Assembly (NCBI GenBank): GCA_964500725.1
Contig: CAZCNP010000006.1
Coordinates: 3,634 to 67,633, forward strand
Reading direction: 5' to 3'
DNA length: 64,000 bases
DNA from: an uncultured Gammaproteobacteria bacterium
Lineage (GTDB): Bacteria > Patescibacteriota > Microgenomatia > Daviesbacterales > UBA10151
Shown: piece by piece, positions 27,145 to 37,585 of the stretch
Numbering within the stretch: the first letter of the stretch is position 1
Layout of the letters: every line of letters begins with the position of its first letter
The notes under the pieces: model-generated
The model's database searches: none
Told to the model about the DNA's origin: nothing
What the model saw: the letters and a program-made list of their open reading frames with translations, nothing else
Translations under genes and position numbers: made by a program

Positions 27145-28500
27145 TCAAACAGTCATGGTACTTTCAGTATAACGTGTTTCTCTAACTGCTGTTATTTTAA
27201 CAGCTCCTGGCACCATTACTTCTTTAGAAATTCGCTCAGCTATATCATGAACAAGCTTTGGCAGCTCATCATCTGAAATTCTCTCTGGAATAACAATAAC
27301 TCTTACTTCTCTTCCTGCTTGCACTGCAAAAGCTTTCTCCACTGCATCAAAAGAATTAGCAATATTTTCTATATCACCCATTCTTTTTATATAATCTCCA
27401 ACATTCTCATGTCTGGCTCCGGGCCTTCCTCCAGATATAGAATCAGCAATATATACTAAGATTGACTCCACAGCAGAAAAAGGCTTATCTTCATGATGCT
27501 CTGCTATACAATTGATTACCTTCTCCGGCAGATTAAATTTCTTAGCAAGCTGTACTCCTTTTTCAACATGAGTACCTTCATCTCCTTCTGTCACAACTTT
27601 TCCTATATCATGTAGCAAGCATCCAAGCCTTACCACATTCACATCTGCTCCAATCTCCTTTGCCAAAGCAATACCAATTTGGGTTTCCTCTTGAGTATGC
27701 AAAATTAAATTCTGTCCATAAGAGTATCTGTATTTAAATCTACCAATAATATCAATAAGCTCTACTGGCAAATTATAAACTCCTACATCATGACACAGCT
27801 TTTCTCCTGCCTCTCTCATTAACTTGTTAATATCCTCTTGCGTTTTTTCAACAATTTCTTCTATTCTTTGAGGTTGAATTCTGCCATCTTCCATCAACCT
27901 TTCTAAAGAAACTTTGGCAATCTCACGCCTTACTGGATCAAAGGAAGAAAGTATTAAAGTATCTGGAATTTCATCATCCATTACTACATCAACACCTGTA
28001 GCCTGCTCAAAAGTTCTCACATTTCTACCTTCTTTACCAATAATCCTGCCTTTCATTTCTTCATCAGGCAGTTTTACTTTTGAGGTAGTAAACTCTGAAA
28101 TATAATCTGTAACTCCATGTCGCATTGCATCTGCTAAAATATCTTTAGCTTTTTCATCAGCCGTTATTTTTATTTCTTCCTCAGCTTCTTTAATCTTTTT
28201 GGAAATTTCACCAGCAAGTTCCTGGTCTAAATTTTCCAAAAGAATCTTTTGAGCTTCATCTTTTGATAAGGAGGAGGCTTTTTCTAGTTTAGAAACTAAC
28301 TCTTTCCTTGTTTTCTCAAGTTGCTCTAATTTATCATCAATTAATTTTTGTTTTTCAGAAATTTGCCTTTCTCTTTCTTCTAAAATACCTTCTCTTTTTG
28401 CTAGCTCTGCTTCTTTCCTAACAAAATCTCCTCCTGCTGAAGGACTAGTTTGTTGATATGATTGCTGGCTAGACGAAATCGGCTTAAATGTTCTCTGCAT
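27145..28500 (-). CDS. rny: ribonuclease Y (KH + HD domains; no N-terminal TM)
   Basis: N-terminal coiled-coil region, KH domain, and HD motif LLHDIGK. Confidence 0.8.
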   Translation of the reverse strand: MQRTFKPISSSQQSYQQTSPSAGGDFVRKEAELAKREGILEERERQISEKQKLIDDKLEQLEKTRKELVSKLEKASSLSKDEAQKILLENLDQELAGEISKKIKEAEEEIKITADEKAKDILADAMRHGVTDYISEFTTSKVKLPDEEMKGRIIGKEGRNVRTFEQATGVDVVMDDEIPDTLILSSFDPVRREIAKVSLERLMEDGRIQPQRIEEIVEKTQEDINKLMREAGEKLCHDVGVYNLPVELIDIIGRFKYRYSYGQNLILHTQEETQIGIALAKEIGADVNVVRLGCLLHDIGKVVTEGDEGTHVEKGVQLAKKFNLPEKVINCIAEHHEDKPFSAVESILVYIADSISGGRPGARHENVGDYIKRMGDIENIANSFDAVEKAFAVQAGREVRVIVIPERISDDELPKLVHDIAERISKEVMVPGAVKITAVRETRYTESTMTV

Positions 28501-28617
28501 ATTTGTTTTGGAAAAATCAGAAAAAAGCCTTCAATTACTCGAAGCTTAGAGGGAGGATTAAATTGTTGAGAATTATATTCATCATTATTTACTCACCCTA
28601 TCTGATTCTCTAGTTAG

Positions 28618-28646
28618 ATTATATTACTTTCTTACGTGTTTTTCAA
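28618..28646 (-). promoter_or_regulatory. candidate sigma70-type promoter for rny
   Basis: Minus strand TTGAAA (28646-28641), 17-nt spacer, TATAAT (28623-28618). Confidence 0.4.
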
Positions 28647-29291
28647 TTGATCTGAAATTATCTTTCGGGCTATTTCATAATCAAATCCTTTTCTGAGTAA
28701 AAATTCTATTGATTTTTGGTAAAGTTTTTTCGGATCTAAGTTCTTCCAATATTTCAACTTCTTTCCCAAAGCTTGCTTTGCTAACTCCTCTTCACTGTTA
28801 ACTCTTAACTGTTCACTGATAACTTCTTCTATAATTTCTTTATCTATTCCTTTTTGATAAAGCTCTGCTTTTATTGCCCTTATTCCTTTTTGTTTACTTT
28901 TTCTCCGAGCCTGTACCCAAGCTTTAGCAAATTCTAAATCATTAACCATTCCTTTTCTCTTTAAAGTTTCTACTAGAGCATCTATTGTTAGCTCACTAAT
29001 CTCTTCTTTTTCTTTAACTTTTGCTTCCAGATTTTTAATTTTAAAGTAATCTCTAACTTCTTTTTCTGAATGTTGCCTTAAAGCAAACCAGCGATACATT
29101 CTCTCCATCAACTTACCTACTTCTGCTTCAAATAATATTTTTTCTAAGTCCTCTGGACTTATAACCTTTCCTACTACCAATCTTCTATTAACTACTAAAT
29201 CTTCATCTACCCCAAAGGCAAATTCACCATCTAGGAAAATGTTAAACCTTTTAGGATTTTTCTTTTGAGGTTCTACCTGAGTAATTTTCAC
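28632..29291 (-). CDS. recX: recombination regulator RecX
   Basis: Immediately downstream of recA. Helical-repeat protein with W/Y-rich RecX pattern. Confidence 0.7.
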   Translation of the reverse strand: MKITQVEPQKKNPKRFNIFLDGEFAFGVDEDLVVNRRLVVGKVISPEDLEKILFEAEVGKLMERMYRWFALRQHSEKEVRDYFKIKNLEAKVKEKEEISELTIDALVETLKRKGMVNDLEFAKAWVQARRKSKQKGIRAIKAELYQKGIDKEIIEEVISEQLRVNSEEELAKQALGKKLKYWKNLDPKKLYQKSIEFLLRKGFDYEIARKIISDQLKNT

Positions 29292-29312
29292 CGGAAAGAT
29301 TATACTAAATTA

Positions 29313-30377
29313 CTAATCAGCTTCTTCTAAAGACCCTTTTTCTTCTTCTTGGCCTACTACAATTTTTTCCTTACCCTTTTTTTGTTTACTCCAAGCATCT
29401 CTAACTTCTTTTTCTAACTTTTCAGCTTCTTTTTTATTCTCTTTTAAGTAGGCCGACGATGCAGCTCTCCCTTGTCCCAGCATCTTTTCACCCCATCTTA
29501 TAAATGCTCCAGATTTAGTGATAATCCCAAGCTCTATGCCTACATCAAGAAGTTCTCCTTGGTGTGATATACCATCTTCGTTCATATCGAACTCTGCAAT
29601 TCTAAATGGGGGAGCCACTTTATTTTTCACCACCTTTACTCTATGTCTTGAACCCACTACCAGATCCCCTTCTTTAATATTTTCAATCTTCCTAATATCT
29701 AGCCTTACAGAAGAATAGAACTTCAGAGCCAGCCCTCCTGGAGTAGTTTCAGGATTACCAAACATCACTCCAATTTTTTGCCTTAGTTGGTTAGTAAAGA
29801 TAACAATTGTATTAGTATTAGAAACAGCTCCTGTTAATTTTCTTAAAGCTTGAGACATTAAACGGGCCTGCATACCCATGACAGAATCACCCATTTCTCC
29901 TTCTAACTCAGCTCTGGGAACTAGGGCTGCTACAGAATCTATCACCAAAACATCTATTCCACCTGAACGGATTAAAGCTTCAGCAATTTCTAGGGCTTGC
30001 TCACCAGTGTCTGGTTGAGAAATTAACAAATCATCTAAATTAACTCCAATCTTTTGTGCTCTTTGAGGATCTAAAGCATGCTCTGCATCAACAAATGCAG
30101 CTGTCCCTCCTTTTTTTTGAGCTTCAGCAATTACATGAAGGCAAACGCTGGTTTTCCCACTAGCCTCGGGGCCGAAAATTTCAATAATTCTGCCTTTTGG
30201 CAAACCGCCAACACCTAAAGCTAGATCTAGGGCAATAGAACCAGTAGGGATTGTTTCTGTAGTAAACTTTTCAACCCGCTCACCCAAACGCATGATAGAA
30301 CCTGTTCCATATTGTTTTTGAATTTGTGCCATAGCTGTGGAAATTGCAGCTTTTTTAGCATCATCATTTTGGGCCAT
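29313..30377 (-). CDS. recA: recombinase RecA
   Basis: GPEASGKTS Walker A and RecA L1/L2 regions. 354 aa with acidic C-terminal tail. Confidence 0.95.
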   Translation of the reverse strand: MAQNDDAKKAAISTAMAQIQKQYGTGSIMRLGERVEKFTTETIPTGSIALDLALGVGGLPKGRIIEIFGPEASGKTSVCLHVIAEAQKKGGTAAFVDAEHALDPQRAQKIGVNLDDLLISQPDTGEQALEIAEALIRSGGIDVLVIDSVAALVPRAELEGEMGDSVMGMQARLMSQALRKLTGAVSNTNTIVIFTNQLRQKIGVMFGNPETTPGGLALKFYSSVRLDIRKIENIKEGDLVVGSRHRVKVVKNKVAPPFRIAEFDMNEDGISHQGELLDVGIELGIITKSGAFIRWGEKMLGQGRAASSAYLKENKKEAEKLEKEVRDAWSKQKKGKEKIVVGQEEEKGSLEEAD

Positions 30378-30566
30378 ATATTAAAGATACCAAATATTTC
30401 CCAAAGGTCAATACCCCAAAATTATCCTGTTTGGATGTATGGATACATGTCGGGGATGGGAGAATTAAACTCCCGATTCCGCACCCCCAGCGCGGCGTGT
30501 TGTCACTATACTAATCCCCGTAGCTGCCTAGTATTTTATCACTGCTGCTTATATAATTCCATTTAT

Positions 30567-30836
30567 ATGAAAAAGCATTTAAATATTAGAATTCACGGCT
30601 TAGTTCAGGGAGTATTCTTTAGAGCTAGCGCTAAAGAACAAGCTGAAAAGCTAAACATCACAGGTTTTGCCAGAAATGAATCAGATGGTTCAGTTTATAT
30701 TGAAGCAGAAGGAGAAGAACAGAATTTAGATAGATTTATAAAATGGTGTAATACTGGGCCATCCATGGCTCAAGTAGAAAAAGTAGATACTTCTGAAGGC
30801 TTATTAAAACAATTTGAGGGTTTTGAGATTCAGTAA
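30567..30836 (+). CDS. acyP: acylphosphatase
   Basis: ATG at 30567 (MKKHLNIRIHGLVQGVFFRASAKEQA). VQGVFFR and GFARN motifs. Track ORF is extended upstream into intergenic DNA. Confidence 0.8.
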   Translation: MKKHLNIRIHGLVQGVFFRASAKEQAEKLNITGFARNESDGSVYIEAEGEEQNLDRFIKWCNTGPSMAQVEKVDTSEGLLKQFEGFEIQ

Positions 30837-30839
30837 AAA

Positions 30840-31952
30840 TTAGACTATCTTTTCCCAGGGGAATTCATCACGGCCAAAGTGCCCGTAGCTGGCTGTTGGA
30901 AGATATATTGGCCTTTGCAAATCTAGGCCTTTTAAGATTCCTGAAACTGATGTATCTAAGATTTTCTGCATGAAAGATAAAATCACTTTGTGAGATTTTT
31001 TATTAGTTCCAAAAGTTTCAACATCCTGCATGGTAGGGCTTTTTGCTCCAATAAAATAAGCAAGTCTTACCTCTGCCCTGTCTGCCAGTTTTGCAGCAAC
31101 TATGTTTTTTGCCAAAAACCTGGCTGCATATGCTCCAGACCTGTCTACTTTTGTTGGATCTTTTCCAGAAAAAGCCCCTCCACCAACCCTAGCGTATCCT
31201 CCATACCCATCAACAACTATTTTTCTACCAGTTAGGCCACAATCAGAAGCAGGACCACCATTATGCCAAACCCCTGTCCCATTAACTATTAATTGATCCT
31301 TTTTAATTTTAAATCCATAAACATCTAAAACAGGAATTACTACGGACTCATATATATCATCTTTAACTTGACTTAATTTAACAGATTCCTCGTGCGGGAT
31401 AGCAATTACTACTTGAGTTACTTTATAAGGCTTTCCATCTCTATACTCAATTGTAACTTGGGATTTCCCATCAGGTCTTAAATATTTAATTATTTTCTCT
31501 TCTCTGGCCTGATCCATTCTTTTTGTTAAAGAATGAGCCATAGCAATAGGGAGGGGCATCAAGCTAGCTGTTTCTGTGCAGGCATATCCAAACATCATTC
31601 CTTGATCTCCAGCTCCTTTTTTATCTACACCAACTCCAATTTCAGGTGATTGCTCGTGAAGATGAACTTCCAGGGGAGATTTATCAGAAAAATTATAGTT
31701 AGAATCTGTATAACCTAATCTCCTAATTTGTTGTCTTGCTACCTCGGCAAAGTCTACTTTAGCATTAGCAGTAATTTCTCCGGAAATGATTACCCTATTA
31801 AAACCAGCCAGCACCTCACAAGCAACATGGCCAAACCTATCCTGAGTTAAAACTGCATCTACAATTGCATCAGAGATTGCATCGCAGATTTTATCTGGAT
31901 GACCAGAGCAAACTGATTCTGATGTAAAAGTTGTAATACCGTTACTTTTCAT
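30840..31952 (-). CDS. metK: S-adenosylmethionine synthetase
   Basis: ATG 31952 (MKSNGITTFTSESVCSGHPDKICD). Track start 32015 lies inside the riboswitch/terminator. Confidence 0.9.
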   Translation of the reverse strand: MKSNGITTFTSESVCSGHPDKICDAISDAIVDAVLTQDRFGHVACEVLAGFNRVIISGEITANAKVDFAEVARQQIRRLGYTDSNYNFSDKSPLEVHLHEQSPEIGVGVDKKGAGDQGMMFGYACTETASLMPLPIAMAHSLTKRMDQAREEKIIKYLRPDGKSQVTIEYRDGKPYKVTQVVIAIPHEESVKLSQVKDDIYESVVIPVLDVYGFKIKKDQLIVNGTGVWHNGGPASDCGLTGRKIVVDGYGGYARVGGGAFSGKDPTKVDRSGAYAARFLAKNIVAAKLADRAEVRLAYFIGAKSPTMQDVETFGTNKKSHKVILSFMQKILDTSVSGILKGLDLQRPIYLPTASYGHFGRDEFPWEKIV

Positions 31953-32095
31953 AAAAAAACCTCTCAAACTATATGAGAGGTTTAAAGTTTTCCTGTACCA
32001 GACGGTACGGGACACATCTTCCTCTCAGGAATCTGGCACCTTAGGCTTTAAGGTTGCCGGCGTCCGGTAAAACCGGAGCACTCTTGATGTATTTT
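31953..32095 (-). promoter_or_regulatory. SAM-I (S-box) riboswitch with terminator, upstream of metK
   Basis: Minus strand AUCAAGAGUGCUCCGG...CCGGCAACC...AAGGUGCCAGAUUCCUGAGAGGAAGAUG. Terminator CCUCUCA...UGAGAGG+U7 at 31980-31953. Confidence 0.8.
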
Positions 32096-32139
32096 TTATT
32101 GCGTTTGCAACAAGCTTGTCTTATTTAACCATAACTAAT

Positions 32140-33540
32140 TTACTTTGACAAGTCCTCAAATTTAGCATGTTTTTTGATAACTTCCATTACTTTCTTTTTC
32201 TTTTCTTCTACAATTCCATCGGCCTCTGCCTCAATATTAAGCCTAAGCAGCGGTTCTGTGTTAGAAGACCTTAAAGACAATCTCCAATCAGCGAAGGTAA
32301 TGGCTACCCCATCTAGCTCATTAACCTCTCCATCAACAAATTCCGTTTTAATAATATCAATTATTTCAGGAGCATTCTGCACTTTAAAGTTAATTTCTCC
32401 TGATTCATGACTTCTCTTAATATCCCCAATTACTTCTGACAAAGTTTTATTCTCTTCACTTAAGGTCTTTAACACAATCAAAATAATTGGCAGCTGTGAT
32501 TCAGCATTACCTGTTTCTCTAAAAAAGTAATGTGCTGATGATTCACCAGCAAAAATTGCTCCTGTTTCATGCAGTTTTTCAGTAATAAAGGCATGACCAA
32601 CTTTTGTAATTACGAAAGTTCCACCCAATTCCTCAACAATTTTTTGAGGAGTTAAGATATAACGAATATCAGCTATTACTTTCTCGCCTGTATGTTTTCT
32701 CAACAAATCCCTTGCTACTAAAGCAGTGATATGAGATGCAGGAACAGTCTCTCCTTTTTCATTAATAAAAAACAGCCTATCTCCATCACCATCTGTGGCA
32801 ATTCCTAAATCAGCCTTTTCTTCAATAACCTTTTTCTGTAAATCAGCTACATTCTCCGGCTCCAAAGGATCAGCAGGATGCGCTGGGAATGTTCCATCCA
32901 ACTTAAAATTCATTTTTACTAGCTCACCTGGAATATGTTTAAATAACTCCTCAATATACAAAGCTGCCATAGCATTTGCTGTATCAGCGACTACTTTTAA
33001 AGGCTTTATTTGAGGGTTACCTGCAATTCTTAAGGCATTTTTAACCTCATCAACTACCATACCCTCTTTTTTGGTAATTTGCCCTCCACTTTTACTTTCA
33101 ACTTTTACCCCTGCCAAAGCCAAGTTTTTAATCTCCTCCATGCCGGTACTTTTACCAATTTTTATCAAGCCTTGAGGAGTATACTTTACAATTTTTAAAC
33201 CATTATAATCTTTAGGATTATGCGAGGCTGTTATCTGAATTCCACTGTCATATTTACCACTAAATACAGCAAAGTAAAATGTTGTAGTTGAAACAAGCCC
33301 TAAATCAATAACCTGGGCACCTAGATCAACTAGGGTGCTACTTAAAGCTTGAAAAATGGCTGGGGAAGAGAGTCTCATATCTTGTCCCACAACTACTGAT
33401 AAAGACTCTTTATTTGGAGTTTGATCTAAAAGGAATTTATAGATAGCTTTAGTAACAGGAATGACATTTTCTTCATTTATCTCAGAAGGGTAAATTCCTC
33501 TTATATCATAGCTTTTGAAAATCTTGGAAGGTATATCCAT
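32140..33540 (-). CDS. phosphoglucomutase/phosphomannomutase family protein
   Basis: Active-site TASHNPKDYNG, Mg loop DGDGDR, and four-domain architecture. Confidence 0.75.
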   Translation of the reverse strand: MDIPSKIFKSYDIRGIYPSEINEENVIPVTKAIYKFLLDQTPNKESLSVVVGQDMRLSSPAIFQALSSTLVDLGAQVIDLGLVSTTTFYFAVFSGKYDSGIQITASHNPKDYNGLKIVKYTPQGLIKIGKSTGMEEIKNLALAGVKVESKSGGQITKKEGMVVDEVKNALRIAGNPQIKPLKVVADTANAMAALYIEELFKHIPGELVKMNFKLDGTFPAHPADPLEPENVADLQKKVIEEKADLGIATDGDGDRLFFINEKGETVPASHITALVARDLLRKHTGEKVIADIRYILTPQKIVEELGGTFVITKVGHAFITEKLHETGAIFAGESSAHYFFRETGNAESQLPIILIVLKTLSEENKTLSEVIGDIKRSHESGEINFKVQNAPEIIDIIKTEFVDGEVNELDGVAITFADWRLSLRSSNTEPLLRLNIEAEADGIVEEKKKKVMEVIKKHAKFEDLSK

Positions 33541-33594
33541 AAACAGTAAAACTTACTATAGCTAATCTTGAAACTAAATTCAACTAGTTGAAAA

Positions 33595-33984
33595 TTACCT
33601 CTTTGGAGATTGTTTTTTGGCTCTGGCTTTTTGGGCATTACCATATTTTCTTCTCTCTTTTGCTCTAGCATCACGGGTCAACATGCCTTCTTTTTTTAAA
33701 GTAGTTCGGAGTTCTGGACTAATTTTTGCAATAGCTCTTGCGATACCATGAATAACTGCCCCCAGTTGTGCAACCTGCCCCCCGCCCTCTACTTTTACTG
33801 AAATTGTGTATTTACCTGAAGTTTTGGTAATATCTAAAGGTTTATAGTATTGTTTTTGGGCAACTAAACCTAAAAAGTATTCTGAAACAGGCTTTCCATT
33901 AACAGTCAGCTGACCATTACCTTCTGATAACCTAACTCTAGCTATAGCTTCTTTTCTTCTACCTACTGTAGCAATTGTATTCAT
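33595..33984 (-). CDS. rpsI: 30S ribosomal protein S9
   Basis: GRRKEAIARV ... ends KR. Confidence 0.95.
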   Translation of the reverse strand: MNTIATVGRRKEAIARVRLSEGNGQLTVNGKPVSEYFLGLVAQKQYYKPLDITKTSGKYTISVKVEGGGQVAQLGAVIHGIARAIAKISPELRTTLKKEGMLTRDARAKERRKYGNAQKARAKKQSPKR

Positions 33985-34376
33985 TATTTTGCCTCTCCTG
34001 CAAAAACTTTTAACTTTTTAATCATCTGCCTGCCCAGTTTATTATGAGGCAACATTCCCTTTACTGCATGCTCAATAATAGATTCAGGCTTTCTTAAAAG
34101 CACTTTATCAAAGGTTTCTACCTTTAATCCTCCTGGGTAACCAGAGTGGCGGGTATAAACCTTATCTTGCATCTTTTTGCCTGTAACTTTAACCTGGCTG
34201 GCATTAGTTACCACTACGTAATCTCCTGCATCTAGATAAGGCACAAAACTAGGTTTATTTTTACCCATTAAAATCTTGGCAATTTCGGTTGCTAGTCTAC
34301 CTAAAACTTTTCCACCAGCATCTATTGTATGCTTTTCTCTTTTTATATCTTTTGCTGATACTACATTAGTACTCAT
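33984..34376 (-). CDS. rplM: 50S ribosomal protein L13
   Basis: Conserved L13 N-terminus. Confidence 0.95.
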   Translation of the reverse strand: MSTNVVSAKDIKREKHTIDAGGKVLGRLATEIAKILMGKNKPSFVPYLDAGDYVVVTNASQVKVTGKKMQDKVYTRHSGYPGGLKVETFDKVLLRKPESIIEHAVKGMLPHNKLGRQMIKKLKVFAGEAK

Positions 34377-34858
34377 ATTTTCTTCCTTGAAGATGCTTTT
34401 ACTTTTTTGACTGCTTTTTTAGCTGGAGCTGCTTTTTTTTCTGCTGGTTTTACCTCAACTTTTTTTTCTTCTAACTGTTTTAATTCTTTTTTAAGGGGTT
34501 TCAACTGCTCCGCTCCAATCAAGCTCATCTTAACAATATTGGTTTGATCACCTTGTCTTGGACCAATTCTCACAACCTTAGTATAACCAGAGGTTCTATT
34601 TCCCAACTTAGGAAGAACTTCCTTAACTAATCTATCTTGCAAGTCCTTATCTACAATATAAGACCTTAATTTCCTTGGGGTATTTTTACCTTTTGCTGAA
34701 GTAATAATTTCATCAACTAAACCTTTTATTGCTTTGGCTTTAGTTTCAGAAGTCTGAATAGTGCCATGCAGAAAAAGAGACTGCACTAATGTTTTAAAGA
34801 GTGCTTGGCGTTGACCTTCGTTTCTTCCCAGGTGTTTACCATAAACCCTATGCCTCAC
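34373..34858 (-). CDS. rplQ: 50S ribosomal protein L17 (with Lys/Ala-rich C-terminal extension)
   Basis: [20 protein letters not shown]. Confidence 0.9.
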   Translation of the reverse strand: MRHRVYGKHLGRNEGQRQALFKTLVQSLFLHGTIQTSETKAKAIKGLVDEIITSAKGKNTPRKLRSYIVDKDLQDRLVKEVLPKLGNRTSGYTKVVRIGPRQGDQTNIVKMSLIGAEQLKPLKKELKQLEEKKVEVKPAEKKAAPAKKAVKKVKASSRKKI

Positions 34859-35753
34859 TAAGAGTCAACCCCCTCTCAACTAGCTTATCCGATATTAAAC
34901 TGATTGATTTGGCACCTAAATTCTTAGCCTTTAAAAGCGCTGTACGAGGAGTATTAATCAAATCCTCAATAGTATTAATTTCTATAGCTTTTAGGGCATT
35001 GGTTATTCTAACTGGCAAATCAAGTTCTTCAATAGTAAGTTTTAAGGTTTCCTCAGAAATCTTAGGTCCTGCATCTTCTACCACTTCTTCTTGATCTGGT
35101 TCATAAACTTTACGGAAAGAATCCGATAAGATTTTAGCAGCTGCATTAACAGCCTCAAGCGGAGAAAGAGCCCCTGTAGTTGTGATGTCTAAAGTTAATT
35201 TATCAAAATCTGTTCTTCTTCCAACTCTAGTAGGCTCTACGTTGTAATTTACTGACAAAACTGGACTAAACAAAGCATCTATAGGCATAACACCAATATC
35301 ATTTCCTTTGCGTTCCTCAGCCACAGAGTAACCTTTACCCTGAGCAGCTTCCAGTTCAATATTCAATTTAGATTTTGCATCTGTTAAAGTAGCGATGTGT
35401 TGCTCAGGAGTAACAACTTCTCCATCTCCTTCTATTTCCAGATCTTTAGCTTTAATCTCTTTTTTACCAGAGGCTTTAAGAGTAAGCTTAATTGGTTTGT
35501 CAGAGAAAACATTCAAACGAATCTTTTTAATATTTAAGATAATCTCAATTACATCTTCTAAAACTCCCTCTATTGCTGAAAATTGATGGGCTACTCCGTC
35601 AATCTTGACAGAGGTGATAGCTGACCCTGGCAGAGAAGCCAGGAGCACTCGTCTTAAACTATTACCCAAAGTGTGACCAAAACCTGCCTCAAGAGGCTCT
35701 ATGGCTACAGTTGCAAAATTTTCTCTTTCATCTAACGTTTTCACTTTAAACAT
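34848..35753 (-). CDS. rpoA: DNA-directed RNA polymerase subunit alpha
   Basis: N-terminal domain motifs and alpha-CTD. Confidence 0.95.
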   Translation of the reverse strand: MFKVKTLDERENFATVAIEPLEAGFGHTLGNSLRRVLLASLPGSAITSVKIDGVAHQFSAIEGVLEDVIEIILNIKKIRLNVFSDKPIKLTLKASGKKEIKAKDLEIEGDGEVVTPEQHIATLTDAKSKLNIELEAAQGKGYSVAEERKGNDIGVMPIDALFSPVLSVNYNVEPTRVGRRTDFDKLTLDITTTGALSPLEAVNAAAKILSDSFRKVYEPDQEEVVEDAGPKISEETLKLTIEELDLPVRITNALKAIEINTIEDLINTPRTALLKAKNLGAKSISLISDKLVERGLTLSEA

Positions 35754-35761
35754 AAATTTCC

Positions 35762-36364
35762 TTATCTTGAATAATACTCTACAATCAACTGCTCATCAAC
35801 TAATTGTTCCATCTCATCCCGTTCCGGAATTCTTAAAACCTTGCCTACGGTAGCTTGCTTCTCAAGCCATCCTGGCAAGGTCTGAGATTCCTCTAAACTC
35901 TTTTTAACCTGTGTATTATCTCTCATTTTATCAGAAATTTCAATAGTCTGATCTACACGCACCTGGAAGGAGGGAATAGTCATTTTTCTGCCACTTACTT
36001 TGATATGTCCATGACTGACCATTTGCCTGGCTTCTGCTCTGCTAGCAGCAAACCCAAGCTTATAAACGACATTGTCTAACCTTGTCTCCAAAGCTTGCAG
36101 CAATGCGAGACCTGTTGCGCCTTTGACTTTTGAGGCAGCATCAAAATATTTCTTAAACTGTCTTTCCAAAAGACCAAAAATTCTTTTGGCTTTTTGTTTT
36201 TCTCGCAGTTGCAAACCATAATCTGATGTTCGGCGCCTTCTACCTAAACCATGCTGACCTGGTGGTATAACTCCTTTTCTTTCCAAAGCCTTTGCATCTT
36301 TTGCAAAAAGCGCTACTCCTTCACGTCTTGATAATCTTCTTTTAGGACCAGTATATCTTGCCAT
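35762..36364 (-). CDS. rpsD: 30S ribosomal protein S4
   Basis: [16 protein letters not shown]. Confidence 0.95.
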   Translation of the reverse strand: MARYTGPKRRLSRREGVALFAKDAKALERKGVIPPGQHGLGRRRRTSDYGLQLREKQKAKRIFGLLERQFKKYFDAASKVKGATGLALLQALETRLDNVVYKLGFAASRAEARQMVSHGHIKVSGRKMTIPSFQVRVDQTIEISDKMRDNTQVKKSLEESQTLPGWLEKQATVGKVLRIPERDEMEQLVDEQLIVEYYSR

Positions 36365-36759
36365 TAGACTCTTCTCCTTTTCTTAGGTCTTGGGCCGTTA
36401 TGCGGGATAGGTGTAACATCAGCAATCATTGTGATATTAATACCTGCCCCTCTTAAAGCTTTTATAGTTGCATCCCTGCCTGGCCCTGGACCTTTAATAT
36501 AAACCTCAACTGCACTAATTCCAATTTCCTTACCTTTTTGCGCCACTTTTTCCATTGCAGAAATAGCAGCAAAAGGAGTAGCTTTTCTAGCACCTTTAAA
36601 ACCTGATGCACCAGATGTTCCCCAAGTTAACACATTACCTGAAGTATCTGTTAAAGTAACTAGAGTGTTATTAAAAGTTGCAGTAACATACACTCTGCCT
36701 GCGCTAATCTTTTTTTCCACTTTTTTTACAGCTTTTGTTTTGATTTGTCTTTTAGCCAC
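36364..36759 (-). CDS. rpsK: 30S ribosomal protein S11
   Basis: S11 core. Confidence 0.95.
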   Translation of the reverse strand: MAKRQIKTKAVKKVEKKISAGRVYVTATFNNTLVTLTDTSGNVLTWGTSGASGFKGARKATPFAAISAMEKVAQKGKEIGISAVEVYIKGPGPGRDATIKALRGAGINITMIADVTPIPHNGPRPKKRRRV

Positions 36760-37156
36760 CTTTTCCTCCTTCTCCTGTCTTGGCTACCACTTCTTTTCTA
36801 ACAGTTCCAACAGTCTTTCTTTTACCTCTTTTGGTTCTAGCGTTAGACCTGGTTCTTTGGCCCCTTGAAGGCAAACCTTTGCGATGCCTTAAACCTCTAT
36901 AGCTGCCAATTTCTTCAAGTCTTTTAACATTTTGCTCAACCTCTTGCCTTAAATCTCCTTCTACTTTAAATTGCTCAATTGCTTTTTGTATTTTATTTAC
37001 TTCTTCCTCGGTTAGATCTTTTATTCTTTTTTCTGGGGCTACTTGTGATTGGGCGATTATTTTAATCACATTTGAGCGCCCTATCCCAAAGATATAGGTT
37101 AAGCCGATATCAACTCTTTTATTTTCTGGTAAATCTACTCCTGCAATTCTTGCCAT
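36752..37156 (-). CDS. rpsM: 30S ribosomal protein S13
   Basis: [10 protein letters not shown]. Confidence 0.95.
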   Translation of the reverse strand: MARIAGVDLPENKRVDIGLTYIFGIGRSNVIKIIAQSQVAPEKRIKDLTEEEVNKIQKAIEQFKVEGDLRQEVEQNVKRLEEIGSYRGLRHRKGLPSRGQRTRSNARTKRGKRKTVGTVRKEVVAKTGEGGKGG

Positions 37157-37159
37157 ATT

Positions 37160-37276
37160 CTATCCTTGCCTTTGTTTATGTCTTGGATCACGTGGGCAAA
37201 TTATATATAACATACCCTCGCGTTTAACAACTTTACAAAATTTGCACCTAGTTTTTATTGATGCTTGTACTTTCAT
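37160..37276 (-). CDS. rpmJ: 50S ribosomal protein L36 (38 aa; not in the ORF track)
   Basis: [38 protein letters not shown]. Start overlaps the infA stop by 1 nt. Confidence 0.9.
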   Translation of the reverse strand: MKVQASIKTRCKFCKVVKREGMLYIICPRDPRHKQRQG

Positions 37277-37521
37277 TATTTTAGTCTAAACGTAATCCTT
37301 CCTTTGTCCAAATCATACTTTGGACTCATTTCTATTCTTACCCGATCACCTTCTAAAAGCCTTATATAATGCATTCTCATCTTACCCGAAATATGACACA
37401 AAATTATGCGTCCAATAAGCTCAGGCACATCAACACTTCTATCAATCTCTACCCTAAATAAAGTATTCGGCAAAACCTCTTTAATTTTACCTTCTACTTC
37501 AATAACGTCTTTAACATTCAT
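37276..37521 (-). CDS. infA: translation initiation factor IF-1
   Basis: ATG 37521 ([25 protein letters not shown]). Carries an internal approximately 9-aa insertion relative to E. coli IF-1. Confidence 0.85.
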   Translation of the reverse strand: MNVKDVIEVEGKIKEVLPNTLFRVEIDRSVDVPELIGRIILCHISGKMRMHYIRLLEGDRVRIEMSPKYDLDKGRITFRLK

Positions 37522-37585
37522 AAGCAGTTTAGGCCACAAGATATTTTATCAGACCTAGCTTCATATTACAACCCATAGGGTTGCT

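Noticed and set aside
30453-30525. Possible tRNA (GGG anticodon loop) on the minus strand
   Set aside because: No canonical D-arm, T-loop is UUUAAUU rather than TPsiC-like, acceptor stem imperfect and no CCA. Kept only as an unexplained structured element.
31953-32015. N-terminal 21 codons of the track's metK ORF
   Set aside because: They overlap the SAM-riboswitch terminator. The MetK alignment starts at MKSNGITT (ATG 31952).
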